Notes: a model not told the origin generated them from the letters alone. Positions 28,219 to 37,862 are shown, numbered from the whole stretch's first letter. The stretch is DNA of 61,968 bases, filler included, from Candidatus Desantisbacteria bacterium CG1_02_49_89 (GCA_001871075.1; 6 parts of 6 records of this genome joined end to end with filler, not necessarily neighbours in it); one strand, 5' to 3'. Made by a program: numbers and translations.

Positions 28219-28714
28219 TTGTTATCCTGGCCCTGTTAAGCGTGCCGGTAATGACGTCAAACGAGAAACCGCGCCGCAGCAGAAAGCGGTAAACTTTTTC
28301 TCTTTCTGCCTTTCGCCCGAATTTTCTCCTGACGGCTTCACGCGCAAATTCCGTTTCAGGCTTTGCCTCGAACATTTTCCCGACGACCTGCTTTATTAAT
28401 TTTTTCTCTATCCCTTTCCTGGCAAGCTCAAATTCCAAAAGCCTGGGCCCGCACGGCCTGGAATCCAGCCGGGCCTCTGAATATCTGAAGGCAAATTTCT
28501 CGTCGTTTATCAGGTTCCTTTCTTTGAAATATCTTATGGCTTCTGCGGCTGATGGCCGCGTGTATCCTTTCCTGGCCAGTTTCGCCTGAAGCTGCTTCTC
28601 CGTGTAATCCTTTCTTCCAAGAAGCCTTAAAACATATTCTTTGACATCCGCTAAAACATCCTGCCTGCTTCTCACTACTCCCGCCTCAACGGCGGGTCGC
28701 CGAAGTGGCGACAC
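28211..28714 (-). CDS. recX: Regulatory protein RecX (start uncertain)
   Basis: [34 protein letters not shown]; between recA and alaS. Confidence 0.88.
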   Translation of the reverse strand: MSPLRRPAVEAGVVRSRQDVLADVKEYVLRLLGRKDYTEKQLQAKLARKGYTRPSAAEAIRYFKERNLINDEKFAFRYSEARLDSRPCGPRLLEFELARKGIEKKLIKQVVGKMFEAKPETEFAREAVRRKFGRKAEREKVYRFLLRRGFSFDVITGTLNRARITNE

Positions 28715-29732
28715 TCTTCACTGTCTTTAAGACTGCGAGCTTTTCGCGCACCTTCGCCTCTATCTCTTTGGTGACCTGCTGGTTTTCTTTCAGGAAAGAC
28801 CGTGCGCCCTCAGCTCCCTGGCCGACCTTCTGCCCTCCGAAAGTATACCAGGTGCCGCTCTTTTCCACTATACCCTGTTCCACTGCAACGTCGAGGATAG
28901 AACCCTCTCTTGAAATACCTTCCCCGTAGATAATGTCGAACTCGGCTTTCCTGAAAGGCGGGGCAACCTTATTTTTCTTGATCGTGACCCGGACCCTGTT
29001 CCCGATCTCCACATCGCCCTGTTTTATCGCCTCGACTCTCCTTATGTCCATCCTGACAGAAGCGTAGAATTTCAGGGCCCTTCCTCCCGGCGTCACCTCG
29101 GGGTTACCGAACATTATCCCGACTTTTTCCCTGAGCTGGTTTATAAAAACTACGCAGGTCTTGGATTTGCTTATGGCTGCAGTGAGTTTTCTGAGGGCCT
29201 GGGACATAAGCCTTGCCTGAAGCGCCATCTGCTGGTCCCCCATTTCTCCCTCTATCTCTGCCTGCGGGACAAGCGCCGCAACCGAATCAATGACTATTAC
29301 GTCAACAGCCCCGCTCCTCACAAGTGTCTCCACTATTTCAAGCGCCTGCTCCCCTGAGTCCGGCTGCGAAACAAGAAGGTTCTTTATGTCAACCCCCAGC
29401 TTTGAGGCATACGACGGGTCCATTGCGTGCTCCACGTCCACGAATGCGGCAGTGCCGCCGGTTTTCTGGGATTCCGCGATAATATGAGACGCAAGCGTTG
29501 TTTTGCCTGACGCGTCGGGACCGAATATTTCGATAACCCTGCCGCGCGGAACTCCCCCTATCCCGAGAGCCAGATCAAGAGAAAGAGCGCCGGTGGAAAT
29601 CGCTTCAATGGGCACAACCTTGGCTTCCCCCAGCTTCATTACAGCTCCCTTGCCGAATTGCTTCTCAATCTGCGAAATCGCAAGCTCAAGAACTTTTTCC
29701 TTTTCACTTTTCTTTTCTTTATCCTCTGCCAC
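28686..29732 (-). CDS. recA: Recombinase A
   Basis: [42 protein letters not shown] 29732 after GGGGGAG RBS. Confidence 0.98.
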   Translation of the reverse strand: MAEDKEKKSEKEKVLELAISQIEKQFGKGAVMKLGEAKVVPIEAISTGALSLDLALGIGGVPRGRVIEIFGPDASGKTTLASHIIAESQKTGGTAAFVDVEHAMDPSYASKLGVDIKNLLVSQPDSGEQALEIVETLVRSGAVDVIVIDSVAALVPQAEIEGEMGDQQMALQARLMSQALRKLTAAISKSKTCVVFINQLREKVGIMFGNPEVTPGGRALKFYASVRMDIRRVEAIKQGDVEIGNRVRVTIKKNKVAPPFRKAEFDIIYGEGISREGSILDVAVEQGIVEKSGTWYTFGGQKVGQGAEGARSFLKENQQVTKEIEAKVREKLAVLKTVKSVATSATRR

Positions 29733-29964
29733 TTTCTCCCCCTTTTCCCCGGGATTTATGAATAATATTTTCAACATCCACTTCCGTAAGTGATGAAAAG
29801 CTTTTTTCTTTCGCAAGATTTTCCGCGTAAGAATAAATATCAACCTCTGATGAAAAAGGAATAAGGATTAACTCAACAATTTTGCCGGATTCTTTGGCAG
29901 TATCCTTCGGTAAAATTAAGCGACCATCCTGCGGAATCTTGCTGATAAATCTTTTGACTTCCAT
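29719..29964 (-). CDS. Small AbrB-like orphan antitoxin-like protein
   Basis: [11 protein letters not shown] swapped-hairpin-like start; GGAGGAG RBS; stop overlaps recA start. Confidence 0.55.
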   Translation of the reverse strand: MEVKRFISKIPQDGRLILPKDTAKESGKIVELILIPFSSEVDIYSYAENLAKEKSFSSLTEVDVENIIHKSRGKGGESGRG

Positions 29965-29976
29965 TGAACTCCTCCC

Positions 29977-30540
29977 TTATAGTAAAATATTTTCCAGAAC
30001 AGTATAAACCGGACCTTCGGGTTTCAAATCGCTGCGAATTACATAAACATTCTCAACAATCATGTTACCCAACTGCACAGCGTTCTTAGTTTTCATCAAC
30101 TCCTGAAGTCTCTCCATATTCTTGAAACCCTTTGCCCTTCCTATTGTCAGGTGAGGAGCATATTCCCTGTCTTCCTGCGCAAAATTAAATCTCTTTAAAG
30201 AATTTTCGATCTTGCCCTGTAATCTGATTACATCTTCACTTCCGGCATTAACTCCAGCCCATATAATCCTTGGCTTGCCTTTTTCCGGGAACGAGCCAAG
30301 TTTTGCAATTTCGATTGAGAAAGAACCGAAACCTGCGAGTCCGCTCTTTAATTCACCTGCAATTTCTGGAATCTGTTGAGCAGGCGTAGAACCAAGAAAT
30401 TTCAGCGTGAGATGGATATTATCCGGTCTGGCCCATTTCATATCTGCATTCGCTTTTTTTAATTCTTCCTGTATTCCCTTCAGATTTTCTTTTATTTCCT
30501 GCGATAATTCAACAGCTATGAAAGTCCTCACTTTTTCCAT
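29977..30540 (-). CDS. thpR: RNA 2',3'-cyclic phosphodiesterase (2H family)
   Basis: RTFIAV, HLTLKFLG and PHLTIGR motifs. Confidence 0.93.
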   Translation of the reverse strand: MEKVRTFIAVELSQEIKENLKGIQEELKKANADMKWARPDNIHLTLKFLGSTPAQQIPEIAGELKSGLAGFGSFSIEIAKLGSFPEKGKPRIIWAGVNAGSEDVIRLQGKIENSLKRFNFAQEDREYAPHLTIGRAKGFKNMERLQELMKTKNAVQLGNMIVENVYVIRSDLKPEGPVYTVLENILL

Positions 30541-30546
30541 TGGATT

Positions 30547-30759
30547 TTATTTGACAGCCACAAACTCAGAAAAAGATTTTGATTTAGGAATAGATAGATT
30601 ATCTTCGGTTAGCCCCTTTATGTGCATTTCAATTGCTTTATACATATTTCTTTCCGTTTCTTCACGGGTTTTACCTGTTGCTACACAACCAGGCAAATCA
30701 GGTGAATATGCGGAATAATTCCCATTTGCCTTTTCAATAATTATAAGAAACCGGTGCAT
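30547..30759 (-). CDS. hicB: HicB-family antitoxin (short form)
   Basis: YSAYSPDLPGCVATGKTREE. Confidence 0.9.
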   Translation of the reverse strand: MHRFLIIIEKANGNYSAYSPDLPGCVATGKTREETERNMYKAIEMHIKGLTEDNLSIPKSKSFSEFVAVK

Positions 30760-30761
30760 AG

Positions 30762-30959
30762 TTATTCCACCTCCTTCAATTTTGCCTGCTTTAAAATGCT
30801 GTTTAATGTTCCTCTGCTTAAATCATGACCGGAGTGCCCCGCAATAGTCACCCTCCCGGATTTTGCAGGATGTTTGTATTGCCTATGGCTACCTTTTGTG
30901 TCAACTAAATACCAGCCATTCTTTACAATCATTTTAATTGCATCACGTATTTTCATCAT
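30762..30959 (-). CDS. hicA: HicA-family toxin
   Basis: GWYLVDTKGSHRQYKHP...GTLNSILKQA. Confidence 0.92.
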   Translation of the reverse strand: MMKIRDAIKMIVKNGWYLVDTKGSHRQYKHPAKSGRVTIAGHSGHDLSRGTLNSILKQAKLKEVE

Positions 30960-30988
30960 TATTAAGTTGCTTTAAGAGGTCTCTGCCA

Positions 30989-32290
30989 CTACTTTTTCAT
31001 CCTTTTTTTAATTTCTGCTTCATAACCGCTTTCCAAAGGGATATAGTATTTTTTTCCTTTTCCCAGATACTCCTGTTTTATCTCGCCGGATTTGAGCTTT
31101 TTCGCCGTTTCGGGGTCATGCGGGTACTGGTAGCCGCCCCTGCCAAGCTCCTGCGCGCCTTTGTAGCCGGCAACCTTAAGGTGGTCGGGAACCCCGGCAG
31201 TTTCCTCTTTCTCTACGTCTTCCAGGGCACTGTTGATTGCGGCGTACGATGCGTTACTTTTGGGGGCTGTCGCTATATAAACCGCTGCCTGGGCCAGCGG
31301 TATCTTCGCCTCAGGCATCCCTATGAAGAGCACGGACTGCAGAGCGGCGGCAGCTAACACCAGCGCCTGCGGGTCAGCGTTACCCACATCTTCGCTGGCG
31401 CATATGACTATCCTTCTTGCTATGAACCGGGGATCTTCTCCCGCATAGAGCATTTTTGCCAGCCAGTAAAGAGCCGCGTCCGGGTCACTGCCCCTCATGC
31501 TTTTGATGAAAGCCGAAATTGTGTCATAATGGGCGTCGCCGTCTCGGTCATAGGCAACTTTTTTCTGTATGGATTCCCTTATCGTTTCAGCGTCAATGAC
31601 CACTTTGCCGTTCAGGGGTTTTGTCGTGATGACTGCCAGGTCCAGCGCGTTCAACGCCTGCCTTGCGTCCCCGTCAGCCGCGGAAATCAGGTAGTCCATT
31701 GCGTCTGCGGATATCTCGGTATTATATCTGCCCAGGCCTTTCTCTTTGTCATAAAGCGTTCTTTCCAGGATGGCCCGCATTTCTTCGTGTGACAGAACCT
31801 TGAACTCAAAGATCCGTGAACGGGAGATCAGCGCCTGGCTGACAGTGAAATACGGGTTTTCCACCGTCGTGCCTATAAGCACAACGGTGCCGTTCTCAAC
31901 ATCGGGAAGAAGAGCGTCCTGCTGGAGCTTGTTAAAACGGTGTATCTCGTCGATAAAAAGCATGGTGCGCCGGCCCATACCGCGCCGCTTTCTTGCCTCC
32001 AGGACCGCTTCCCTTATCTCAGCCACACCCGAGGTCACCGCGTTGATGCTTATGAAATATGCTCCCGTTTTTTTCGCGATGATGCGGGCTAGCGCCGTCT
32101 TGCCTGTTCCGGGAGGGCCGAAAAAGATCAAAGAACCGAGCCTGTCGGATTCAATGGCGCGCCTTAGCAGTTTACCGCTTCCTATTATGTGCTCCTGCCC
32201 GGCAAAATCCTCAAGCACGTCCGGCCTCATCCTGCTGGCCAGTGGCTCCTCGAATCCTGTTTTTTCAAACAACTCTTTCTCTTCTTCCAT
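30989..32290 (-). CDS. rarA: Replication-associated recombination protein A (MgsA)
   Basis: PLASRMRP, GPPGTGKT, FIDEIHRFNK, HYDTISAFIKSMRGSDPDAA. Confidence 0.96.
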   Translation of the reverse strand: MEEEKELFEKTGFEEPLASRMRPDVLEDFAGQEHIIGSGKLLRRAIESDRLGSLIFFGPPGTGKTALARIIAKKTGAYFISINAVTSGVAEIREAVLEARKRRGMGRRTMLFIDEIHRFNKLQQDALLPDVENGTVVLIGTTVENPYFTVSQALISRSRIFEFKVLSHEEMRAILERTLYDKEKGLGRYNTEISADAMDYLISAADGDARQALNALDLAVITTKPLNGKVVIDAETIRESIQKKVAYDRDGDAHYDTISAFIKSMRGSDPDAALYWLAKMLYAGEDPRFIARRIVICASEDVGNADPQALVLAAAALQSVLFIGMPEAKIPLAQAAVYIATAPKSNASYAAINSALEDVEKEETAGVPDHLKVAGYKGAQELGRGGYQYPHDPETAKKLKSGEIKQEYLGKGKKYYIPLESGYEAEIKKRMKK

Positions 32291-32351
32291 CAAAACCAAT
32301 CCGTGTTTAACCGAAAAATTTTAAATTTGCTGATATATTGTATTATACAGG

Positions 32352-32495
32352 CCCCGCCCCGACCGTGTGTAACATGTTTCAACCTTTTAAGTTAAAGTGG
32401 GTACGCTAAATCCGGCCGTGAGGCAAGATCTAAGCTTGTTCCCGTTTTAAAAGGCGTTGGGTTAAAATCATGCCGCATCACGAGAAGGGGCAGGA
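32352..32495 (-). ncRNA. ssrS: 6S RNA
   Basis: Directly downstream of zapA (usual locus); closing stem TCCTGCCCC/GGGGCGGGG; internal GGGAAC, CGTACCCAC, GGTTGAA 6S-like elements. Confidence 0.75.
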
Positions 32496-32497
32496 TA

Positions 32498-32803
32498 TTA
32501 TTTCAGTTCCTTCTCAATCTTTTCAATGAGTTCAAATGCCTTCTTGGCAACCGCGCTGCTTTCGTCGCCGTCTATCTCCCTCTTTTTCGTCGAGCTGGAT
32601 TTGTAAAGCTCATCCACTATGTGCAGAGAGGCAAGTATCGCTATCTTGTAAGGCGATATTATACCTGTTGCCTGCTGCATATCTTTCATTTTCTTGTCTA
32701 TGTAAGCGGCAAGCTTCTGCATGTATGCTACGTCGTCCTCGCTTTTGAGAAGGTAGCTGGTCCCGAATATTTCGACCCTTACTTTATTTTCTCTGTTAGG
32801 CAT
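32498..32803 (-). CDS. zapA: Cell division protein ZapA
   Basis: VRVEIFGTSYLL, LAAYIDKKM, KIAILASLHIVDEL; pheT-zapB-zapA-6S order. Confidence 0.9.
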   Translation of the reverse strand: MPNRENKVRVEIFGTSYLLKSEDDVAYMQKLAAYIDKKMKDMQQATGIISPYKIAILASLHIVDELYKSSSTKKREIDGDESSAVAKKAFELIEKIEKELK

Positions 32804-32809
32804 TTTAGT

Positions 32810-33091
32810 CTACTTTTCTTCCTTCTCGATCTCATCGATGCTTTTAAGCATTTCCTCTATCCTGGACGCGATCGCTTCCCCGTCTCCGGCAGTCTTGCGC
32901 GTCTCTTCCTTCTCCTGTTTAAGCTTGGCGTTTTCTTTTAGAATATCGTTGAGCACCTGCTCCTGTTCGTTGAGCTTGGTCTGCAGAACCGAATTCCTGG
33001 ACGCCAGCATCTCATTTTCTTTCTTGAGCTTGCTGACAAGCTCCAGGATCTTCTGGACCTTTTCCTCCAGTTCCTGTATCCGCTCCATCAT
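32810..33091 (-). CDS. ZapB-like coiled-coil protein
   Basis: LEEKVQKILELVSKLKKEN; upstream of zapA. Confidence 0.75.
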   Translation of the reverse strand: MMERIQELEEKVQKILELVSKLKKENEMLASRNSVLQTKLNEQEQVLNDILKENAKLKQEKEETRKTAGDGEAIASRIEEMLKSIDEIEKEEK

Positions 33092-33137
33092 ATTAGGCTC
33101 CCTTTTTCAATTGAAGATGGTAGATTTTAAATTGCAT

Positions 33138-35207
33138 TTATTCCCTGAGCTTTATCCCTTTGCGCGAGAGTGCCTCCACAATCCTGAAATGCAGGCTGTT
33201 CACTTCTTCATCTGTCAGCGTTTTTCCTCTCGACTGATATATCAGCGTGAAAGCCAGGCTTTTGTATCCCTGCGGTATCTGGCCGCCCTGATAAAAATCA
33301 AAAAGTTCTATATCGGAAAGAAGCTCCCCTCCTTCGCTTCTTATTATACCTGCCGCTTCTCCGGCGCTTATCCCGAAGGGAACAAGCAGCGCCGCGTCCC
33401 TTCTTACAGCCGGGAATTTTGAGATCGGATCATAGCGCATGCCGGGCTTCCTGCGGTCTTTCAGAACTCCCAGGTCCATCTCAAAAAAGCATACTTCCCC
33501 GGCAAGCTTGTAATGGTCCGTTATCCCGCCTGAAAGCTTTCCTATAATGCCCGCCTTTTCTTTACCGGCAAATACCGACAGTGTATAATCAGCGAAAGGG
33601 CAATCATGACCTTCGGCGGCCATGAAAGAATAATCGGCTGCGCCCAGATTGCGCAGCAGGTATTCCGCAGCTCCTTTCAGATCAAAAAAATCGAACTTCC
33701 TTTCCTTGTCCTGCCAGAATTTATGGTTTTTCCCGTACGCGGCAGCGGAGATCATAGTCCTTTCCTCGGGTAATTTTCCGCCGGAGTCTTCAAAGACCCT
33801 TCCTATCTCGAAAATTTTCAGTGATTCCGCGTCTCTGTTCGCGTTGAAAGCAAGATTTTCGGCCAGCCAGGGCACAAGGGATGGCCTTAACAGAGGCATT
33901 TCCTCATCCAGGGGATTTGAAATCCTGACGATTTTTTTGCTTTTTGATATTTCTTCCGCGAATATACCGCTCTTCATCAGGCCGTAATTCATACACTCGG
34001 AATAACCTATGGCTGCCATCGCCTCGCGGGCGCTTTCCTGCATGGCAAGCGTTCCGCTGCTTACCGAACCATACCTGCGGTCGCTTTCTATACCGGGAAG
34101 CAATACCGGGATTGACGGCTTGATCCTGTCATAACCGTAGTGCCTGGCTATCTCCTCTATGACGTCGATCTCCCCGGTCACGTCAGCCTGCCTCCATGAC
34201 GGAACCCCAACCCTGACAAATGATTCGTGCTTTGTGGTGCAGAAACCCAGTTTCCGCAGGATCCTCGATATTTCTTTCACCGGGATCCTGTTGCCAAGTA
34301 TCTGTTCTACTCTCGCTAACCTGACTTTTATCTTTAGGGCCTTCTGTTTAAACGGATACTCATCCAAAACCCCTTTCAATATTTTCCCGCCTGCTACCTG
34401 CTGGACAAGCTGGCAAATCCTGTCAACCGACCTCCTGGCCTCTTCTATATCGGAATTTCTTTCAAACCTGTATGAAGCTGCTGTGTCCATTCCCATTTTC
34501 AGAGAGGTTTTTCTTATACTTGAAGAATTGAAACATGCGCTCTCTATGACCACGTCTTTTGTCGAGGGATTAACCTCGGTATTCGCACCGCCCATTATTC
34601 CGGCAAGGGCGACAGCGCGCTGGGTATCAGCTATCACAAGCATGTCGTTTTCCAGTTTTCTTTCAACACCGTCAAGCGTAACCAGGCTCTCGCCCTGCCC
34701 TGCTGTCCTTACGATAATATGCCTGCCCTTCAGGAGTGAATGGTCAAAAGCATGGGTGGGCTGTCCTGTTTCGAGGAGAACATAGTTTGTAACGTCAACG
34801 ACATTGTTTATTGACCTTACCCCCATCGATTCAAGTCTCCGGCTCATCCACGCAGGAGAAGGTCCGATCTTTACGTCTTTTATGACCCTGGCCGTATACC
34901 TGGCGCAAAGCTGCGGGTTCCTGATCTCAACCTTAAGGTAATCGCCTGCTTTTTCTGCACCTTCGGCAATGGCAGGACTATGTTCCACAAATCCCAGGTT
35001 ATAGGCGCAGGAAATCTCCCTTGCAAAACCTATAACCGAAAGGCAATCCCCGCGGTTGGGCGTGATCTCAATCTCGAATATGGAATCTCCGCCAGATTCC
35101 TGGACAGATATCACCTCGAAACCGAACGAAGTAAGTTTCTCCGCGAGTTCCTTCGGAGTAATTTCAAAATCCACGAATTCTTTTAACCAAGCATAAGATA
35201 TTTTCAT
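33138..35207 (-). CDS. pheT: Phenylalanine--tRNA ligase beta subunit (short form lacking the OB-fold)
   Basis: MKISYAWLKEF, ITPNRGDCLS, INNVVDVTNY, DVIEEIARHYGY, FPAVRRD. Confidence 0.97.
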   Translation of the reverse strand: MKISYAWLKEFVDFEITPKELAEKLTSFGFEVISVQESGGDSIFEIEITPNRGDCLSVIGFAREISCAYNLGFVEHSPAIAEGAEKAGDYLKVEIRNPQLCARYTARVIKDVKIGPSPAWMSRRLESMGVRSINNVVDVTNYVLLETGQPTHAFDHSLLKGRHIIVRTAGQGESLVTLDGVERKLENDMLVIADTQRAVALAGIMGGANTEVNPSTKDVVIESACFNSSSIRKTSLKMGMDTAASYRFERNSDIEEARRSVDRICQLVQQVAGGKILKGVLDEYPFKQKALKIKVRLARVEQILGNRIPVKEISRILRKLGFCTTKHESFVRVGVPSWRQADVTGEIDVIEEIARHYGYDRIKPSIPVLLPGIESDRRYGSVSSGTLAMQESAREAMAAIGYSECMNYGLMKSGIFAEEISKSKKIVRISNPLDEEMPLLRPSLVPWLAENLAFNANRDAESLKIFEIGRVFEDSGGKLPEERTMISAAAYGKNHKFWQDKERKFDFFDLKGAAEYLLRNLGAADYSFMAAEGHDCPFADYTLSVFAGKEKAGIIGKLSGGITDHYKLAGEVCFFEMDLGVLKDRRKPGMRYDPISKFPAVRRDAALLVPFGISAGEAAGIIRSEGGELLSDIELFDFYQGGQIPQGYKSLAFTLIYQSRGKTLTDEEVNSLHFRIVEALSRKGIKLRE

Positions 35208-36238
35208 TTAAACTGCCTTAAAAAACGGATATCATTCTCGCAGAATAAGCGTATATCTTCAACGCCATACTTAAGCATGGCAAGCCTTTCCAGGCCTACC
35301 CCAAATGCGAAACCTGTATATTTTTCACTGTCATATTTCACATAATTGAAAACATTCGGATGGACCATGCCGCAGCCCAGTATCTCAAGATAACCGTTCC
35401 CGCATATCCTGCAGCCTTTGCCTCCGCAGGCACTGCAGCTTATGGCTGCTTCCGCGCTTGGCTCAGTAAAAGGGAAGAAACTCGGGGTAAACCTTACTTT
35501 TCTTCCGCTGCCGAATAACCGCGTAAGGAAAAACGAAAGGACTCCTTTCAGATGGGAAAAATTTATGCCTTTGTCCACCAGCAAACCCTCAACCTGGTTG
35601 AAAACGGGGGAATGCGAGGCATCAGAAGCATCCCTTCTGTAGCACTTACCCACGGCCACTATCCTTACCGGCGGCCTTACTTTCTCCATAACCCTTACCT
35701 GGATCGGTGAAGTGTGGGTCCTGAGCAGAACATCATTTTTTATGAAAAAAGTGTCCCTTACATTCCTTGCCGGATGGTTTTTGGGATGGTTTAGCGCATC
35801 GAAATTGTAGTATTCGGTCTCTACCTCCCTGCCGTCCACAACATCGAAACCCAGTTTAGAAAAAATCCCCAGAACTTCTTTCTGAATAAGCGAAACGGGA
35901 TGGAGCCCTCCCGCCCTGACAATCCTGCCGGGAAGCGTGGCGTCGATCCCCTTATATGCATCCGAAGATGCATCCTCAGGCCTTGTAAAGAACTCCGGTT
36001 TCCGCGAACTCCAGGTTTCGAGCAGGCTGTTTTTAAGCGCGTTGACGAGAATCCCGAAAGCGGGCCTGTCTTCTGCGGGAACGCTCCCGATGCCAGCCAT
36101 GACCTCGGAAAGCAGGCCCTTCTTCCCGAGATATTTTATCCTGCATGCCTCGAGCTGCGAACTGCTTGAAGCTGAAGAGAACTCATCACGGGCTTCTTTT
36201 ACTATAGCTTCGATCTTTTTCTTTATTTCCTCAAACAT
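35204..36238 (-). CDS. pheS: Phenylalanine--tRNA ligase alpha subunit
   Basis: NFDALN, LLRTHTSPIQ, FPFTEPS, GFAFGVGLERLAM. Confidence 0.98.
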   Translation of the reverse strand: MFEEIKKKIEAIVKEARDEFSSASSSSQLEACRIKYLGKKGLLSEVMAGIGSVPAEDRPAFGILVNALKNSLLETWSSRKPEFFTRPEDASSDAYKGIDATLPGRIVRAGGLHPVSLIQKEVLGIFSKLGFDVVDGREVETEYYNFDALNHPKNHPARNVRDTFFIKNDVLLRTHTSPIQVRVMEKVRPPVRIVAVGKCYRRDASDASHSPVFNQVEGLLVDKGINFSHLKGVLSFFLTRLFGSGRKVRFTPSFFPFTEPSAEAAISCSACGGKGCRICGNGYLEILGCGMVHPNVFNYVKYDSEKYTGFAFGVGLERLAMLKYGVEDIRLFCENDIRFLRQFK

Positions 36239-36581
36239 TTCCCTTCACCAGCCCGGCCAGATATTTTATAGCGCCTTCATCGCTTGCTGCCATTTCGCCA
36301 AGCATCCTTCTGTCCAGGATCACGCCCAGTTTCCTGAGCCCTTGTGTCATTTCAGCGTATGTAAGGCCTGCCTGCCTTGCCGCGGCATTGATCCGCATGA
36401 TCCATAAAGTCCTGAAATCCCTTTTTCTCGTCCTGCGGTCCCTGTACGCGTAGGCAAGCGCTTTTTTAAAAGCGTCTGACGCTGTGCGGTACAGTTTGCT
36501 TTTACCTCCGTAAAATCCCTTTACATACTGGAATAATTTCTGTTTTCTCCTTTTTTTAACAGTACCTCTCTTAATTCTCAT
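36231..36581 (-). CDS. rplT: 50S ribosomal protein L20
   Basis: YAYRDRRTRKRDFRTLWIMRINAAAR. Confidence 0.98.
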   Translation of the reverse strand: MRIKRGTVKKRRKQKLFQYVKGFYGGKSKLYRTASDAFKKALAYAYRDRRTRKRDFRTLWIMRINAAARQAGLTYAEMTQGLRKLGVILDRRMLGEMAASDEGAIKYLAGLVKGNV

Positions 36582-36740
36582 CTGTCTTGCTCCTTTCTGC
36601 CATTTTTCATTTTACATTTTGTTGAGCTGGTAGCGATTGAACTGGTAATGAAATCCCCGCGTCTAACCCATAAAGGGTTGTGGGGGAATCCCCCCTGTTT
36701 GCCCATTCAGGGCAAGGGGGGACATTCAGCATAATAGTTT

Positions 36741-36938
36741 TTACATATTGGGTATCAGCCTTTTGATGTCCTGCTGGTTTGATTTATCCACGACGCAGCT
36801 TCCCCTCATACCCCTCTTTCTCTTCGATGTTTTCTTGGTGAGCAGGTGCCTGCGGTAAGCCATGTATCTTATGACTTTGCCTTTCCCGGAAATCTTGAAC
36901 CTCTTTGCCGCGCTTTTCTTTGTTTTTATTTTTGGCAT
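36741..36938 (-). CDS. rpmI: 50S ribosomal protein L35
   Basis: MPKIKTKKSAAKRFKISGKGK...RHLLTKK. Confidence 0.97.
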   Translation of the reverse strand: MPKIKTKKSAAKRFKISGKGKVIRYMAYRRHLLTKKTSKRKRGMRGSCVVDKSNQQDIKRLIPNM

Positions 36939-36997
36939 TATATCTCCAATTTTTCATTGCTCACTCTTCGCTTGCTGTTCGCTCACTGTTCAATAAT

Positions 36998-37040
36998 ACA
37001 AAAATACCGGCATCGGGAGGGATCCTCCCTGGTTGCTGGA
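36998..37040 (-). terminator. Hairpin with T-rich tail between infC and rpmI (terminator or attenuator)
   Basis: ccagcaaccagggagg-atc-cctcccgatgccgg followed by tatttttg. Confidence 0.45.
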
Positions 37041-37065
37041 TCATCGGACCGGGTCTTGCCGCGGT

Positions 37066-37581
37066 CTATTTCTTTACAGGAGCGATAATCGCAATTTTAT
37101 ACATACCTTCCTGCCTGGGTGCCTGCTCGAACACGAAAAGTCCGCTGAGTTCCGTATTCAGCCTTTCCAGCAGTTTGTTGCCCCGCTCCTTGTATGCGAT
37201 CTCCCTGCCGCGGAACACGATGCTGAGTTTTACCTTGTCGCCTTCCTCGAGAAATCTTTTGATGTTCGCAAGTTTTATCATGAAATCATGCTCGCCTATC
37301 TGCGGCCTGACGCGCACCTCTTTTATATGCGTTACTTTCTGCTTCTTTTTTTGGAGCCTTTCTTTCTTTTCCAGTTCATACTTGAACTTGCCAAGTTCCT
37401 CAATCTTGCATACAGGAGGAATGGCAGACTCAGACACCATTATCAGGTCCAGACCTTTCTCGCGGGCTATCCTGAGAGCGTCAGACGCAGACAGGACCCC
37501 GAGTTGCTGCCCGGTTTCATCTATAACCCTCATTTCCTTCGCCCGTATCTCCTCGTTTATCCTTACTCTTCTGGTGAAAAT
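37066..37581 (-). CDS. infC: Translation initiation factor IF-3, ATT start
   Basis: Frame extends from the tracked ATG (37533) to ATT at 37581 after GGGGGTG, adding IFTRRVRINEEIRAKE. Confidence 0.95.
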   Translation of the reverse strand: MFTRRVRINEEIRAKEMRVIDETGQQLGVLSASDALRIAREKGLDLIMVSESAIPPVCKIEELGKFKYELEKKERLQKKKQKVTHIKEVRVRPQIGEHDFMIKLANIKRFLEEGDKVKLSIVFRGREIAYKERGNKLLERLNTELSGLFVFEQAPRQEGMYKIAIIAPVKK

Positions 37582-37789
37582 ATTATCACCCCCTTTAATA
37601 ATCTATTTTCTATTTTCTATTCTCTATTGTTCAATTGCTCTGATTTTTCGCTTCGCGAAAAAATACCGAAACACCATAAAATACTGAAAATAGAACAATG
37701 GAAAATAGACCGCAATCTCGCAATTTCATTTCTCTATTCTCTATTGTTCAATTGCTCTATTGCTCTGATTTTTCGCTTCGCGAAAAATC

Positions 37790-37862
37790 TGGGCCCACCC
37801 GGATTTGAACCAGGGACCTACTGATTATGAGTCAGCCGCTCTCACCGCTGAGCTATGGGCCC
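37790..37862 (-). tRNA. tRNA with CAT anticodon, most likely tRNA-Ile2; CCA not encoded
   Basis: GGGCCCATAGCTCAGCGGTGAGAGCGGCTGACTCATAATCAGTAGGTCCCTGGTTCAAATCCGGGTGGGCCCA cloverleaf; acceptor stem and position after rpoD favour Ile2. Confidence 0.92.

Noticed and set aside
29733-29843. 37-aa N-terminal extension of RecA in the ORF track
   Set aside because: Overlaps the upstream ORF; GTG at 29732 has a strong RBS and gives a normal-length RecA
37006-37068. SAM-I-like words (CCGATGA...GCAACC...GATGC) between infC and rpmI
   Set aside because: No P1 ATC/GAT or AGA core, GGTGC is not intact and the context is implausible; a simple hairpin explains it
37790-37862. tRNA-Met or fMet assignment
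   Set aside because: G1-C72 is paired and the anticodon stem lacks GGG/CCC, so not fMet; sequence and location fit Ile2 better, though elongator Met is not fully excluded
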